64,000 nt of DNA, taken from an uncultured Solirubrobacterales bacterium. GTDB taxonomy: Bacteria > Actinomycetota > Thermoleophilia > Solirubrobacterales > Solirubrobacteraceae. The stretch spans positions 324,572 to 388,571 of the forward strand of contig CAVWAC010000003.1 in the NCBI GenBank assembly GCA_963752905.1, given 5' to 3'. Shown piece by piece: positions 37,597 to 48,179 of the stretch; positions within the stretch are counted from its first letter, which is position 1, and each line of letters opens with the position of its first letter. A program made the translations under genes and the position numbers. The notes beneath the pieces were generated by a model, which was given only the letters and a program-made list of their open reading frames with translations, did no database searches and was not told the origin of the DNA.

Positions 37597-38631
37597 TTAG
37601 GAGGAGGCGACGGCCTGAGCCGGCCTCGGCTCGGCGCCCTGATCGTCGATCCACTCATCGATGCGCCGCCACCAGTCGGTCAGCCACTCCACCTGCTCGT
37701 CGGGGTCGGCGGGAATCTCCGCCCGCGGAACGAGCCACCGGCGCATGGTCAGAGTGCGGCCGATCGGCATCTCGCGGTACAGCTCGCGCGGATAGGCGGC
37801 GAGCCCGAGGCCGGTGTGAGCGGCGAACACGACGTCGGCGTCGGGCCTGGCCTGAAGTGCCGCAAGCGCGCCGAGCGGTCGTGGCGGCAGCACGTGGTTC
37901 ATCGTCGTGGCCGCGTCGGCGGCCGCGTGGTTGCCCTTCTGCCGCAGGTGACGCACGGCGCGGCGACGGCGCTCGGGAGTGAAGTTGCCGCCCTCGGGGA
38001 ACAGGACGAGCACGCCGCGCGACCCGAGCCGGTCAGTCGTGGCCGCGATCCGCGCCTCGCACGCCTGACGGTCGTCGGTGTCCAGCACGGCATGCGGGAG
38101 GCGATGGGCGATCAGGTCGACGGAGGGATCGAATGCGACCGCCTGCTTGAACACGACGCTCGGACGCCGGCCAAACCGGGACAGCAGCATGTCGATGAGG
38201 ATCATCGTGTCGCCCGGACCGGCATGGCGGCTGAACAGGATGAGCGCACCCCCGTCGCTGAGCGCCCGGTCGGCCTCATTCGAAGCGTCCTCGGCGATGC
38301 CGATGTCGAGGGCTCGCACGGCCGGCCCGGTGACCCCATGGACGAACCACCTCAGCAGCCGCCAGTGCCAGCGCTGGACCGTGGGCGTGCCCATCAGCAG
38401 GCCCGCGCCGCTGCGCAGCCACAGCGCGCCGCAGGCGACGAGCATGAGCAGCTCACGCACGAGATAGGCGACCACGACCCGGACGAGGACGAGCGGCTTG
38501 CGCTCGCGGGTGAGCGCGGCGGCGACGCCGGCGACGAGGAACAGCACCGGCGAGAGCACGAGGGCGAGGCCGCCGACCAGCACCCACCCGGTGATGCTCA
38601 GAGGCCGGCGCAGCCACCGCGAGGACATCAT
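37597..38631 (-). CDS. 1-acyl-sn-glycerol-3-phosphate acyltransferase family protein
   Basis: SRHAGPGD (HxxxxD), LFPEGGN, N-terminal TM segments; ATGA coupling to the patatin gene. Confidence 0.85.
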   Translation of the reverse strand: MMSSRWLRRPLSITGWVLVGGLALVLSPVLFLVAGVAAALTRERKPLVLVRVVVAYLVRELLMLVACGALWLRSGAGLLMGTPTVQRWHWRLLRWFVHGVTGPAVRALDIGIAEDASNEADRALSDGGALILFSRHAGPGDTMILIDMLLSRFGRRPSVVFKQAVAFDPSVDLIAHRLPHAVLDTDDRQACEARIAATTDRLGSRGVLVLFPEGGNFTPERRRRAVRHLRQKGNHAAADAATTMNHVLPPRPLGALAALQARPDADVVFAAHTGLGLAAYPRELYREMPIGRTLTMRRWLVPRAEIPADPDEQVEWLTDWWRRIDEWIDDQGAEPRPAQAVASS

Positions 38632-39494
38632 CGCCGCACGCTCTCCTCGGCCGCGAGGTAGCGCATCGACGCCTCGTAGGCCGCATCGATCTGGTGCGTG
38701 ATCGTGCGGGCCAGACGCCGGACCTTGAGCGGGCCCGCGAGGTCGTTGTAGGCCGGCGCCGCCGACCCGCCCGTCGGCAGGATGTGCAGCTCGATGCCCT
38801 CGGGCAGCGAATGCAGGTCGTGGGCGAAGCGGTGACGCCGCGCGACCTCGAAGGCGACGAGCCCGACCTCCCACGGCCAGCGCGGCGGCTTGAGCGGCTG
38901 CTCGAGCCGGCCGACCTGGAGGACGAATATCCGCCTGGCGCCGAGCGCGACGGCCCGGCTCACCGGGATCGAGTTGACGATCCCTCCGTCGATGAAGTGC
39001 TCGCCGTCGATCCGGATCGGTGGCAGCACGCCGGGGACCGAGCACGACGCGAGGATGATCTCGGCAAGCGGGCCGCGATCGAACCAGTGCTCGGCCGCGC
39101 GTTCGATCGACGCGGCCACGCACTGAAAGGGCGTCGCGAGCTGCTCGACGCGCTCGACCGGCAGCACCTCCTCGAGCCGGTGCTTGACGTCGGCGACGCG
39201 CTGCAGGTGCGTGCCGCTACGGGCGAGCGTCGTCACCCGACGCGCCATCGTCAGGGCGGACAGGGCGGTGTGGTTGGCCTGATCCCAGACCTCGGCCAAA
39301 CGCTGCACCCCGTCCCGCGTGGGATCCGCGGCGAAGAACGCGCCGTTGACCGCGCCGATCGAGGTGCCGAGCACGACGTCGGGCTCGACCCCGAGCTCGG
39401 CGAGCGCCCGCAGCATGCCCACCTCGTGCGCGCCGAGAAGTCCGCCGCCGCCGAGGACGAAGGCCGTCTCGTAGGGTCCCGAGTGCTCGCTCAC
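38628..39494 (-). CDS. Patatin-like phospholipase
   Basis: GGGGLLG, GTSIG, DGG motifs. Confidence 0.93.
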   Translation of the reverse strand: MSEHSGPYETAFVLGGGGLLGAHEVGMLRALAELGVEPDVVLGTSIGAVNGAFFAADPTRDGVQRLAEVWDQANHTALSALTMARRVTTLARSGTHLQRVADVKHRLEEVLPVERVEQLATPFQCVAASIERAAEHWFDRGPLAEIILASCSVPGVLPPIRIDGEHFIDGGIVNSIPVSRAVALGARRIFVLQVGRLEQPLKPPRWPWEVGLVAFEVARRHRFAHDLHSLPEGIELHILPTGGSAAPAYNDLAGPLKVRRLARTITHQIDAAYEASMRYLAAEESVRR

Positions 39495-39540
39495 CCGAGA
39501 GAGCTACCCGCAGGCGGCGCCCCCTAGGCTCTGACGCGGA

Positions 39541-41124
39541 TTATCCGTCGCGCAGGGCGACGATTCCGCCGACCCCGCCGAGGTACAGCGATGTGTGGCC
39601 GCTCGCGGGATTGCGTCCGAGCGCGATCCCCGCGTAATGGTTGTTGTAGAGGCCGCCGTGGCCGGCGACCCGCATCCAGTCGATGCGCCCGGTGCGGTAG
39701 TCGAGGGCGGCCCAGGCCCACACGCCCGCGCCGGGCACGCGCGGGTCGTGGACCTTGGCGTAGGTGTAGATGAGGCCGTTGGCCGTGTCGCCCTTGGCCA
39801 CCGCCGACGCGGTGTGGATCTGGTTGTTGCGCCACACGATGTGGCAGCCCGAGCCGGTGGGAGCGATGTCGATCCGGTCCATCCCCGGCGCGCTGATCAG
39901 GCCGAGATTGCCGCCGACCTTGATTCCGCCGGCGATCACGTCGTTCCACTTCTGCAGGTCGTAGCCGTAGTTGTTCTCGACGATCAGCGAGCGTCCCATC
40001 GAGATGAGCGAGTTCTCGTCGGCGCTCGCGCCCTTGCTGAACACCGGCACGGTGCAGACGACCCGGCGCTGACCGCGGCCGAGACGGTCAGCGGTGCGAT
40101 ACACAACGACGTCCATGGGGTCGGCGTTGTCGGTGATCGCGACGTACGCCGGCGTCGCGCTGCGGCGGCCGGTGAGCGACCCGATCAACGTCGGTGTCGT
40201 GCCCGAGCCGGCGTTGATCTGCCCCGGCTTGTGGACGCCGGTGTTGCGGTAGGTCCTGCTCCAGACGATGTGCGGCAGCAGGTCGGCCCCGGCGTGGAAC
40301 TTGTACATCGCCTTGTCGGTGACGATGTAGACGCCGTCGCGGCCGACGGCGAACGAGTTCTCGATCTCCTGACCGAGGATCAGCGAGCGGCAGCGGCCGG
40401 TGCGCGGGTCGAGCACACCGACGGCGCCGTGATAGCGCCCGACGAACCACAGCCTGCCCTGGGCGTCGGGCAGGACCGACGGGATGCGATCGCCGGCCGA
40501 CAGGCACGGCTACCTCGCGACCGGCACGAACCGCGGGGCGGCGCTGGGGCCGCGCAGGGCGACGACGAGGATGTGGCTGTTCGACGCCGCGAGCACCGCG
40601 CGGTTGTGGTTGTCGAGGTAGAAGTACGCCCCGCCGGTGGTGTTGAGCGCAGGGTTGGTCCCGGCCGGCGGCGGCACGAACGGGAGCTGGTAGAAGGCGA
40701 GCGTGGCGAGCGTGCGCGGATCGAGGAGGTACATCCCGGGCCCGTGCTTGAGGTCGGTGCACGTGCCGACGATCCGTCCGTTGGGCTCGAAGGCAAGCGT
40801 GATGCAGTCGCGTCCGATCGCGGTCGAGAGGGTCGTCGGCCGGCGCCCGAGCGGTCCCGACAGCCCGGTGTAGTTATCGCTCGCCCAGGCGTCGTTGTGG
40901 ACGCTGTTGCCGGGGTCCGCGGCCATGAACGGGTCCTGCCACGCGGTCTGCACGCCGGGCACCGGATGCGACGTGGCCGCATGCCCGGTGAAGGCGGGCA
41001 GCGCGGGCGCCGGGCCGGTGCTCTCGATCGGGGTCGCCGGCGTGAGCGCGAGCGCGGCGCCAGCGGCGAGCACCGCGAGCAGCCCCGCGGTGACAACGAT
41101 GATGCGCCAGCGCTTCGCTTCCAT
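39541..41124 (-). pseudogene. Secreted beta-propeller-like hypothetical protein interrupted by one in-frame TAG (40510-40512)
   Basis: ORFs 40510-41124 and 39541-40416 share a frame; the sequence reads …RFVPVAR*PCLSAGDRIPSVLPDAQGRLWF… with continuous coding-like character. Confidence 0.7.
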
Positions 41125-41214
41125 GCGAACGCCAACGATACCCGGCCCGAGCCGACGCCGATCCCCCGAATCGGGTGATCCGGCGTCCCGTGCCCGCCGT
41201 ATGGTCTCTCGAGC

Positions 41215-41991
41215 ATGAACGCCCTCGCCTACGACCGGGTCGGCTCCGGGCCGCCGCTCGTCCTGTTGCATCCGCTCGGCGCTGACCGTCGCGTCTGGCG
41301 CCCCGTGCTCGCGCGCCTGTCCGCGCACCGCGACTGCATCGCCGTCGACCTGCCGGGCTTCGGCGAGAGCCCCGCCGTCGCCGGCCCCGCACACCCCGGC
41401 GACCTGGCGCGCGTCGTCGGCGCGCTGGCGAGCGAGCTCGGGATCCCTCCCGGCGGAGCCCACCTGGCCGGAAACTCGCTCGGCGGGTGGGTGGCGTTCG
41501 AGTCCGCCCTGCGCGGCGACGCCGCGAGCGTCACCGCGATCGCCCCCGCCGGACTGTGGACGCGCCCGCTCGCCCCCAAGCCCGAGGTCGCCCGCTCGGT
41601 GGCCCGTGCGGCGCGCCTGCTGCTGCCGTTGGTGCTGCGGGTCCCCGCCACGCGCCGGGCGATCCTGTCTGGCACCGTCGCCCGCCCGGTTCAGGTGCCG
41701 AGCGACGCGGCCCTCGCGCTCGTCCGCGCCTACGCCGACGCACCGGGATTCACCGCCGCCAACCGGGCGATGCGGTCGGCCACCTTCGCGCGGCTCGACG
41801 AGATCGAGGTGCCGGTCACCCTCGTGTGGCCCGAGTTCGACCGCATCGTCGCCCGCCCCCGCTCGCTGCCGCCGAACGTGACCAGCCTCGGCCTGCCCGG
41901 TTGCGGGCACGTGCCGATGTGGGACGACCCCGAGGCCGTGGCGGCGGCGCTGCTCGCCGGGTCGTCGTCCTTCGTGTCTTCGTCGGCCTAG
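41215..41991 (+). CDS. Alpha/beta fold hydrolase
   Basis: LLHPLG, DLPGFG, GNSLGG, CGHVP. Confidence 0.93.
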   Translation: MNALAYDRVGSGPPLVLLHPLGADRRVWRPVLARLSAHRDCIAVDLPGFGESPAVAGPAHPGDLARVVGALASELGIPPGGAHLAGNSLGGWVAFESALRGDAASVTAIAPAGLWTRPLAPKPEVARSVARAARLLLPLVLRVPATRRAILSGTVARPVQVPSDAALALVRAYADAPGFTAANRAMRSATFARLDEIEVPVTLVWPEFDRIVARPRSLPPNVTSLGLPGCGHVPMWDDPEAVAAALLAGSSSFVSSSA

Positions 41992-42015
41992 TGTCGTGAG
42001 TCGGAACTCAGGCGC

Positions 42016-42675
42016 CTAGCTCGGACGGCGCGCGGGCCGCCAGCGGCACATGCACTCGTCGAGCTCGGCGATGTCGAGCGCCGGCTCGGGGAGCGGCGTG
42101 CACATGCGATCGGCCCGCATCCCGTCGAGCAGGAGCGTGAGAAAGCGCCGCCAGAGCTCGGGCTGGGCCGGCGGCGTCACGTCGGCGATGGTCCCGACCA
42201 TCAGCTGCATCAGCGCGAGGTCCGACGCGGAGAGGTCGTCGCGCAGCTCGCCGGCCTCCTGGGCGCGGCGCACGAGCTCGGTGACCCGGGGCCGCATTTG
42301 CTCACGGACGTGGGCGACGCGCTCGCGCCCCTCGGTGGTGCCGAGCAGCGCCTCCTTGAGCCCGCGGTCGGTCGCCTGGAGGGCGACGAGCCGTTCGAGG
42401 AAGGTCGTCAGCCCGAGCCAGGGATCCTCGATCGCGAGCGCCTCGTCGGCGAGGCCGACGATCTCGACCATCTGCTGCTCGAACAGAGCGTCGATGAGCT
42501 GGTCGCGGCAGGAGAAGCGGCGGTAGACGGTGCCGACGCCGAGGCCGGCGCGATGGGCTACGTCGTCGAGCGTCACGGCCAGCCCGCGCTCAGCGAAGAG
42601 CTCGCGGGCGGCTTGCAGGATGCGCAAGCGATTGCGCTCGGCATCTCGTCTCAGGGGACGCTCGATTGTTGACAT
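42016..42675 (-). CDS. TetR family transcriptional regulator
   Basis: LRRDAERNRLRILQAA…LDDVAHRAGLGVGTVYRRF. Confidence 0.93.
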   Translation of the reverse strand: MSTIERPLRRDAERNRLRILQAARELFAERGLAVTLDDVAHRAGLGVGTVYRRFSCRDQLIDALFEQQMVEIVGLADEALAIEDPWLGLTTFLERLVALQATDRGLKEALLGTTEGRERVAHVREQMRPRVTELVRRAQEAGELRDDLSASDLALMQLMVGTIADVTPPAQPELWRRFLTLLLDGMRADRMCTPLPEPALDIAELDECMCRWRPARRPS

Positions 42676-42697
42676 GTCCGTAACTTTAGCGGGAAAG

Positions 42698-42714
42698 CGG
42701 AGGGCTAACCTCCG
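42698..42714. promoter_or_regulatory. Probable TetR operator
   Basis: CGGAGG-GCTAA-CCTCCG inverted repeat between divergent tetR and MFS genes; a second half-site CCTCCG lies near 42750. Confidence 0.6.
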
Positions 42715-42773
42715 TATGTGCTACGGTGACGGGGAAAGTTGAGATCCATCCTCCGTTTAGCGGGAGTGCCTTC

Positions 42774-44228
42774 ATGACCAACCCCCACCACGAACGTCGC
42801 TGGCTTGTGCTGGCGATTCTCGGGATCGCCCAGCTAATGGTGGTCCTTGACGCCACGATCGTCAACATCGCCCTGCCGTCTGCGCAGAAGGCGTTGCACT
42901 TCACCAACGACAACCGCCAGTGGGTGGTGACGGCCTACGCCCTGTCGTTCGGGTCGCTGCTGCTCCTCGGCGGGCGCATCTCCGACCTGTTCGGCCGCAA
43001 GTGGACCTTTATCGGCGGCCTGCTCGGCTTCGCCATCGCCTCCGCCGTCGGCGGCGCGGCCCAGTCGTTCGGGATGCTCATCACCGCACGCGCCGTCCAG
43101 GGCGCGTTCGGCGCCATCCTCGCGCCCGCCGCGCTGTCGCTGCTGGCCACCACCTTCACCGAGCCAGGTGAGCGGGCGAAGGCGTTCGGCATCTTCGGCG
43201 CCCTGGCCGGCAGCGGCGCCGCCGTCGGGCTGCTGCTCGGCGGCTTCCTCACCGAGTACCTGTCCTGGCGCTGGTGCCTGTACGTGAACCTGCTGTTCGC
43301 CGGCGCCGGCATCGCGGGCGCGCTCGTGCTCCTGCACAACGTCCGGCCTGAGCATCGGCCCCGGATCGACATCCCGGGCGCGCTGCTCGCCACAAGCGGC
43401 CTGTTCTCGCTCGTCTACGGGTTCTCCCACGCGAGCACGACGAGCTGGGGCAACTCCCTCACCGTCGGGATGCTCACCCTCGCCGTCGTCCTGCTGAGCG
43501 CCTTCGTGCTCGTCGAGAGCCGCGTCGAGCATCCACTGCTGCCGCTGCGGATCGTCGTGGACCGTGACCGCGGCGGGTCCTATCTGGCGGTCGCGATGTC
43601 GGCGATCGCGATCTTCGCCGTGTTCCTGTTCCTCACCTACTACCTGCAGCAGAACCTCGGCCTCTCGCCGATCATGTCCGGGGTCGCCTTCCTGCCGATG
43701 GTCGCCTGCATCATGTTCTCCTCGATCACCGCCAACGTCCGGCTCGTGCCCCGCTTCGGCGCCCGGCCGCTCGTGCCGACCGGGATGCTGATGGGCGCGG
43801 CCGGGATGCTGTACCTGACCGGCCTCGGCCCGCACGCGAGCTACGCCGCAGCGATCCTCCCCTCGCTGCTCGTCATGGGCCTCGGCTTCGGCCTGATCTT
43901 CGCCCCGTCGATCGCGACCGCGACGCTCGGGGTGGGACAGGACGACGCCGGCGTGGCCTCGGCCATGGTCAACGTCTCCCAGCAGGTCGGCGGCTCGATC
44001 GGCACCGCCCTGCTGTCGACGATCGCAGTCACCGCCACGGCGAGCTTCGCCACCTCGCACGTCGGGTCGGCGGGCCTCGCGGCGCAGGCCGCGGTTCACG
44101 GCTACACAACCGCGTTCACGTGGTCGGCGGTGATCTTCGCCATCGGCGCCGTGTTCACCGGCGCGCTGCTGCGGCCGCGGTCGCAGACCGCGCAGGTCCG
44201 CAGCGCCGAGCCCGCGTTCGAGATGTAA
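42774..44228 (+). CDS. DHA2 family (EmrB/QacA) MFS efflux transporter
   Basis: MVVLDATIVNIALP, GGRISDLFGRK, SWRWCLYVN, 14-TM pattern. Confidence 0.93.
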   Translation: MTNPHHERRWLVLAILGIAQLMVVLDATIVNIALPSAQKALHFTNDNRQWVVTAYALSFGSLLLLGGRISDLFGRKWTFIGGLLGFAIASAVGGAAQSFGMLITARAVQGAFGAILAPAALSLLATTFTEPGERAKAFGIFGALAGSGAAVGLLLGGFLTEYLSWRWCLYVNLLFAGAGIAGALVLLHNVRPEHRPRIDIPGALLATSGLFSLVYGFSHASTTSWGNSLTVGMLTLAVVLLSAFVLVESRVEHPLLPLRIVVDRDRGGSYLAVAMSAIAIFAVFLFLTYYLQQNLGLSPIMSGVAFLPMVACIMFSSITANVRLVPRFGARPLVPTGMLMGAAGMLYLTGLGPHASYAAAILPSLLVMGLGFGLIFAPSIATATLGVGQDDAGVASAMVNVSQQVGGSIGTALLSTIAVTATASFATSHVGSAGLAAQAAVHGYTTAFTWSAVIFAIGAVFTGALLRPRSQTAQVRSAEPAFEM

Positions 44229-44288
44229 GTCGCTGGGGGGCGTGCGGATCGGCGCGCCCCCTATCCGGCCCGTTCGCCCCCTGTCGCC

Positions 44289-45323
44289 CTACTCCTTCGG
44301 CTCGTCCCGTGGGGGCAGGTACGGCTCGTCATCCGCGGCCACGTGGCCGGCGCGGATCTGGCGCTCGCGGGCGAGCTCGGCGTTGAACTCGGCGCCGAGC
44401 AGGATGACCGTGTTGCTGATCCACAGCCAAATGAGGAACACGACGACCGAGGCGAGCGCGCCGTAGGTCTTGTTGTAGGAGGAGAAGTTGGCGACGTAGA
44501 GCGCGAACAGCGCCGAGGCGAGGAGCCACAGGAGCACGGCGAGGACGCCGCCCGGGCTGATCCAGCGCCAGCCGGGCTGCCGCACGTTCGGCGAGGCCCA
44601 GTAGAGGATGCCGAGGATGACGATCAGGACGACGACGAGCACGGGCCATTTGGCGATGTCCCAGACCTGGACCGCGGTCGAGCCGACGCCGATGACGTCG
44701 CCGAGCTGGCGGGCGAGACCGCCGGTAAGCACGACGGCGAGCGCGGCGAGCGTCAGCAGCACGACGGTGACGAGGGTCACGGCGAGCCGCACGGGGATCG
44801 TCTTCCACATCGGCCGGCCCTCCTCGACGTCCCAGACGATGTTCGCGGCGCGCATGAAGGCGGCGATGTAGCTCGAGGCCGACCACAGCGCGAGGACGAT
44901 GCCGACGACGAACGCCAGCCCGGCCGTGCCCTGGGCGGCGTCGACGTTGTGGATCGCGCTGGTGAAGATGTCCTTGGCCGGCCCCGGCGCCACCTTGCCG
45001 AGGTTCTGCACGAGCGGCTCGGTCGCGGAATGGCCGATCAGCCCGAGGACCGAGACGAGCACGATCAGCATCGGGAAGATCGACAGCACCCCGTAGTAGG
45101 TGAGCGCCGCGGCGAGGTCGGTGAGGTTGTCGGCCTGGAACTCCTTGACCGTGCGCTTGAGCACGGCGAGCCAGCTGTGGCGTGAGAGGTCGGTCGGATC
45201 CGCGGGGCCTCCGGCCCGCCGCTCGGCGGTGCCCCGCTCGCCCCGGTCCTCGGCCGTCTGCGACTTGCGCCGGTCCTCGGCCGTCTCCGACTTGCGCTGC
45301 CCGGTCTCGCTCTCGGCCGCCAT
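44289..45323 (-). CDS. YihY/virulence factor BrkB family membrane protein
   Basis: LAAALTYYGVLSIFP, ALWSAS, YNKTYGALASVVVFLIWLW, GAEFNAE. Confidence 0.9.
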   Translation of the reverse strand: MAAESETGQRKSETAEDRRKSQTAEDRGERGTAERRAGGPADPTDLSRHSWLAVLKRTVKEFQADNLTDLAAALTYYGVLSIFPMLIVLVSVLGLIGHSATEPLVQNLGKVAPGPAKDIFTSAIHNVDAAQGTAGLAFVVGIVLALWSASSYIAAFMRAANIVWDVEEGRPMWKTIPVRLAVTLVTVVLLTLAALAVVLTGGLARQLGDVIGVGSTAVQVWDIAKWPVLVVVLIVILGILYWASPNVRQPGWRWISPGGVLAVLLWLLASALFALYVANFSSYNKTYGALASVVVFLIWLWISNTVILLGAEFNAELARERQIRAGHVAADDEPYLPPRDEPKE

Positions 45324-45395
45324 GGGGGTGTCATACCCGGGATCGGCCGCGGCAACAACCTTATTTTGCGGCCGCACCGGTTAGCCTCCGGCCGC

Positions 45396-46853
45396 ATGTG
45401 GTTGGAGGACGCCGTGGTCTACCAGGTTTACGTGCGCTCGTTCCAGGACACCGACGGCGACGGCGTCGGCGACCTGCCGGGCGTCACCGCGCGCCTGCGC
45501 TACATCGCCGAGCTCGGCGCCGACGCCGTCTGGCTGACCCCGATCTACCCGTCCCCGAACGCCGACTTCGGCTACGACGTCAGCGACTACACGGCCGTCG
45601 AGCCCGCGTTCGGGACGCTCGCCGACCTCGACGCGCTCGTCGCCCGCGCCCATCAGCTCGAGCTCCGCGTGCTGCTCGACTTCGTGCCCTGCCACACCTC
45701 AATCGCGCACGCCTGGTTCCGCGAGCACCCCGACTACTACGTGTGGGCCGACGCGCCGCCGAACAACTGGCTGGCCAGCTTCGGCGGCACGGCCTGGGAG
45801 CGAGATCCGGTCACCGGGCGCTTCTACCTGCACTCGTTCTTTCCCGAGCAGGCCGATCTCAACTGGCGCAACCCGGACGTGCGCGAGGCGATGGCCGGGG
45901 CGCTGCGGTTCTGGCGCGAACGCGGCGTCGACGGGTTCCGCCTCGACGCTCTCGACCGTCTGCTCAAGCACCCCGAGCTGCGCGACGATCCGATCGCCAC
46001 CCGGCCGCCGGCGCTGCCGCTCGACGAGCAGTACGGCACCCTGCACCACGTCAACTCGAGCAACGCCCCCGACATCGGCGCCGCGCTGCAGTCGATCCGC
46101 GGCGCGGTCGGTCCCGACGCCGCGCTCATCGGCGAGGTGTACCTCCCCTCCGACCAGCTCGCGCCCTACCTCGACGCGCTCGACGCGGTGTTCGCGTTCG
46201 AGACGCTGCACGCGCCGCCGACCGCAGACGCCCTCCGCGCGGCGATCGCCTCGGCGATCGAGGCCGGCAAGCAGGGGTGGGTGCTCTCCAACCACGACTT
46301 CAGCCGGCTGGCCAGCCGCGTCGGGCCGGGCAACGCCCGTGCGGTCACCACCCTGCTGATGAGCCTGCCGGGGCCCGTGTTCGTCTTCCAGGGCGACGAG
46401 CTCGGGATCGCCGACGCCCAGCAGGACGGCCCGCCGCTTGACCGCTTCGGCCGCGACGTCCTGCGCCACCCGATGCCGTGGACCGACGAGCGGGGCGGTG
46501 GCTTCACCACCGGCACGCCCTGGCTGCCGGTCGGAGACGGAGCTGCGGCGAGCGTCGCCGCCCAGGAGCGCGATCCCGGCTCGCACCTGAACCTGATCCG
46601 GGTTCTCGCCGGGCTGCGCGGACAGCTCGCCGGTCCGGTCGAGTTCGTCGACGGGCCGGCGAGCACGATCGTCCTCCGTCGGGGTGAGCACCTCGTCGCG
46701 ATCAACCTCGGCGACGAGCCGCAGCCCGCCCTGGGGCTCGACGGCGGCGAGCGCGCGCTCGCCGTCGAGGCGCGTCCGGGCGACGGCGCGAATTTGCACA
46801 TGATTCCGGCCCACGGCGGCTGGGTTTCGCGCAGCCCGGTTTCCCGGTCGTGA
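45396..46853 (+). CDS. GH13 alpha-glucosidase / alpha-amylase family
   Basis: YQVYVRSFQD, DFVPCHTS, GFRLDA, GEVY, SNHD, FQGDELG. Confidence 0.92.
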   Translation: MWLEDAVVYQVYVRSFQDTDGDGVGDLPGVTARLRYIAELGADAVWLTPIYPSPNADFGYDVSDYTAVEPAFGTLADLDALVARAHQLELRVLLDFVPCHTSIAHAWFREHPDYYVWADAPPNNWLASFGGTAWERDPVTGRFYLHSFFPEQADLNWRNPDVREAMAGALRFWRERGVDGFRLDALDRLLKHPELRDDPIATRPPALPLDEQYGTLHHVNSSNAPDIGAALQSIRGAVGPDAALIGEVYLPSDQLAPYLDALDAVFAFETLHAPPTADALRAAIASAIEAGKQGWVLSNHDFSRLASRVGPGNARAVTTLLMSLPGPVFVFQGDELGIADAQQDGPPLDRFGRDVLRHPMPWTDERGGGFTTGTPWLPVGDGAAASVAAQERDPGSHLNLIRVLAGLRGQLAGPVEFVDGPASTIVLRRGEHLVAINLGDEPQPALGLDGGERALAVEARPGDGANLHMIPAHGGWVSRSPVSRS

Positions 46854-46895
46854 TCCTCCAGAAGCGGATCGTCGCCGTCCTCACCGCCGGCGCGG

Positions 46896-48077
46896 TCAAC
46901 GGCTGATACGCCCGTCCCAGCCCCGCTCGAGCGCAAACCGCGCACCGATCGTCCACGCCTGCACGCGGTTGGCGATCGGAATCGACGCGGGCGCGCCGGA
47001 TGTGACGGCGTAGAGCTCGGGAGCGTCTCCGAGCTGGTCGAGCGCGATCAGTACGCCCTGGCGCACCCGCTCGGCCTCGTCACCGCGGCCGGCCGCGCGC
47101 AGACCACCCCATCCCAACCACGAGTCGAACGGCCAGACGGCGCCGCGATGGTAGGCGCTCGCGTCGAATTGGGGGTGCGTGGACGCGAGGGTGCGCAGCC
47201 CGAAGTCAGTCAGCACGTCGGGCCGGCAGAGCCGTTCGGCGTAGGCATCGCACTCGGACGCCGGCAGCGCGTCGGCCCACAACAGCCATCCCAGCTGCGA
47301 ACCCGCTCCCGACACGCGCCGATCCCGCCGGTCAACCGCCAGCGCGTCCGGCGAGAACGCGCGCGCGATTCGCTCCGTGGTCCGCTCGGCCAGCGACAAC
47401 CATCGGTCGTCCCCGGACAACCGAGCGGTGGCCCGCAGCGCGGCGACGGTCACCGCCTGCGTGTCTGCATCCGCGACCGGCGGGTCGGGGCTCCGGCCGT
47501 CGGCGTCGATGATCCCGCCACCGTACGCCTGCAGCGGGTCCGAGGTGTCCCGCCAGCCCTGCTGAGCCAGCCCGCCACGGCCCAGACGCGGCCCATGACG
47601 GATCAGTCCGTCGCCGCGTTCGAGCGCTTGCTCGACCCACGCACTGGCCGCCCGCCAGTGACGTGAGAGCTCCTTCTCGAGCGCGACATCGCCGAGCTTC
47701 GCGAGCACGACGAGAAACCAGGATGTGGCATCCGCCGAGCCGTAGTAGCGCAACTGCCCATCTCGCACCGGCCAGCCCATCTGCTCGAAGCGGGGTTCCG
47801 CTTGTGGGCGGTACTCGTGGACGATCTTCCCCGGCTCCTCATCCGCCCAGGCATCGAAGCGCTCACCCTGGAGGGCAGCGAGGACCCGGAGCGTCGCACG
47901 CGCCACTTCTGGGTGCGCGGGCAGCACCTGCAGTGAGGTGATCAGGGAGTCACGCCCGAACAGGGCATGAAAGCGACCGGGATCCTGCTCGTCGATCGGC
48001 TGCGACGACGCGTACGGCCACCCTTCATCGGAGAGGATCGAGCTGCCGAGCACGTTGTCTGGAGTCATCCGATTCAT
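46896..48077 (-). CDS. Amylo-alpha-1,6-glucosidase / glycogen-debranching-like (alpha/alpha)6 hydrolase
   Basis: FHALFGRDSLIT, EEPGKIVHE, YYGSADAT, QQGWRD, YHRGAVWPFD, PELY. Confidence 0.82.
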   Translation of the reverse strand: MNRMTPDNVLGSSILSDEGWPYASSQPIDEQDPGRFHALFGRDSLITSLQVLPAHPEVARATLRVLAALQGERFDAWADEEPGKIVHEYRPQAEPRFEQMGWPVRDGQLRYYGSADATSWFLVVLAKLGDVALEKELSRHWRAASAWVEQALERGDGLIRHGPRLGRGGLAQQGWRDTSDPLQAYGGGIIDADGRSPDPPVADADTQAVTVAALRATARLSGDDRWLSLAERTTERIARAFSPDALAVDRRDRRVSGAGSQLGWLLWADALPASECDAYAERLCRPDVLTDFGLRTLASTHPQFDASAYHRGAVWPFDSWLGWGGLRAAGRGDEAERVRQGVLIALDQLGDAPELYAVTSGAPASIPIANRVQAWTIGARFALERGWDGRISR

Positions 48078-48179
48078 CGCTACAGCATTTTCCGCCTCAC
48101 GCCGTATCCCCGCGCCGGTGCGCGTGCGCCCGCTCGATACGGTCCCCGCATGGCCGAGCGAGAAGATCGACGCGCCGTT

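Noticed and set aside
40510-40512. Pyrrolysine or genetic-code reassignment of TAG
   Set aside because: Many other genes here end normally at TAG (e.g. 862, 4651, 7856, 12271); there are no pyl genes; it is a single instance
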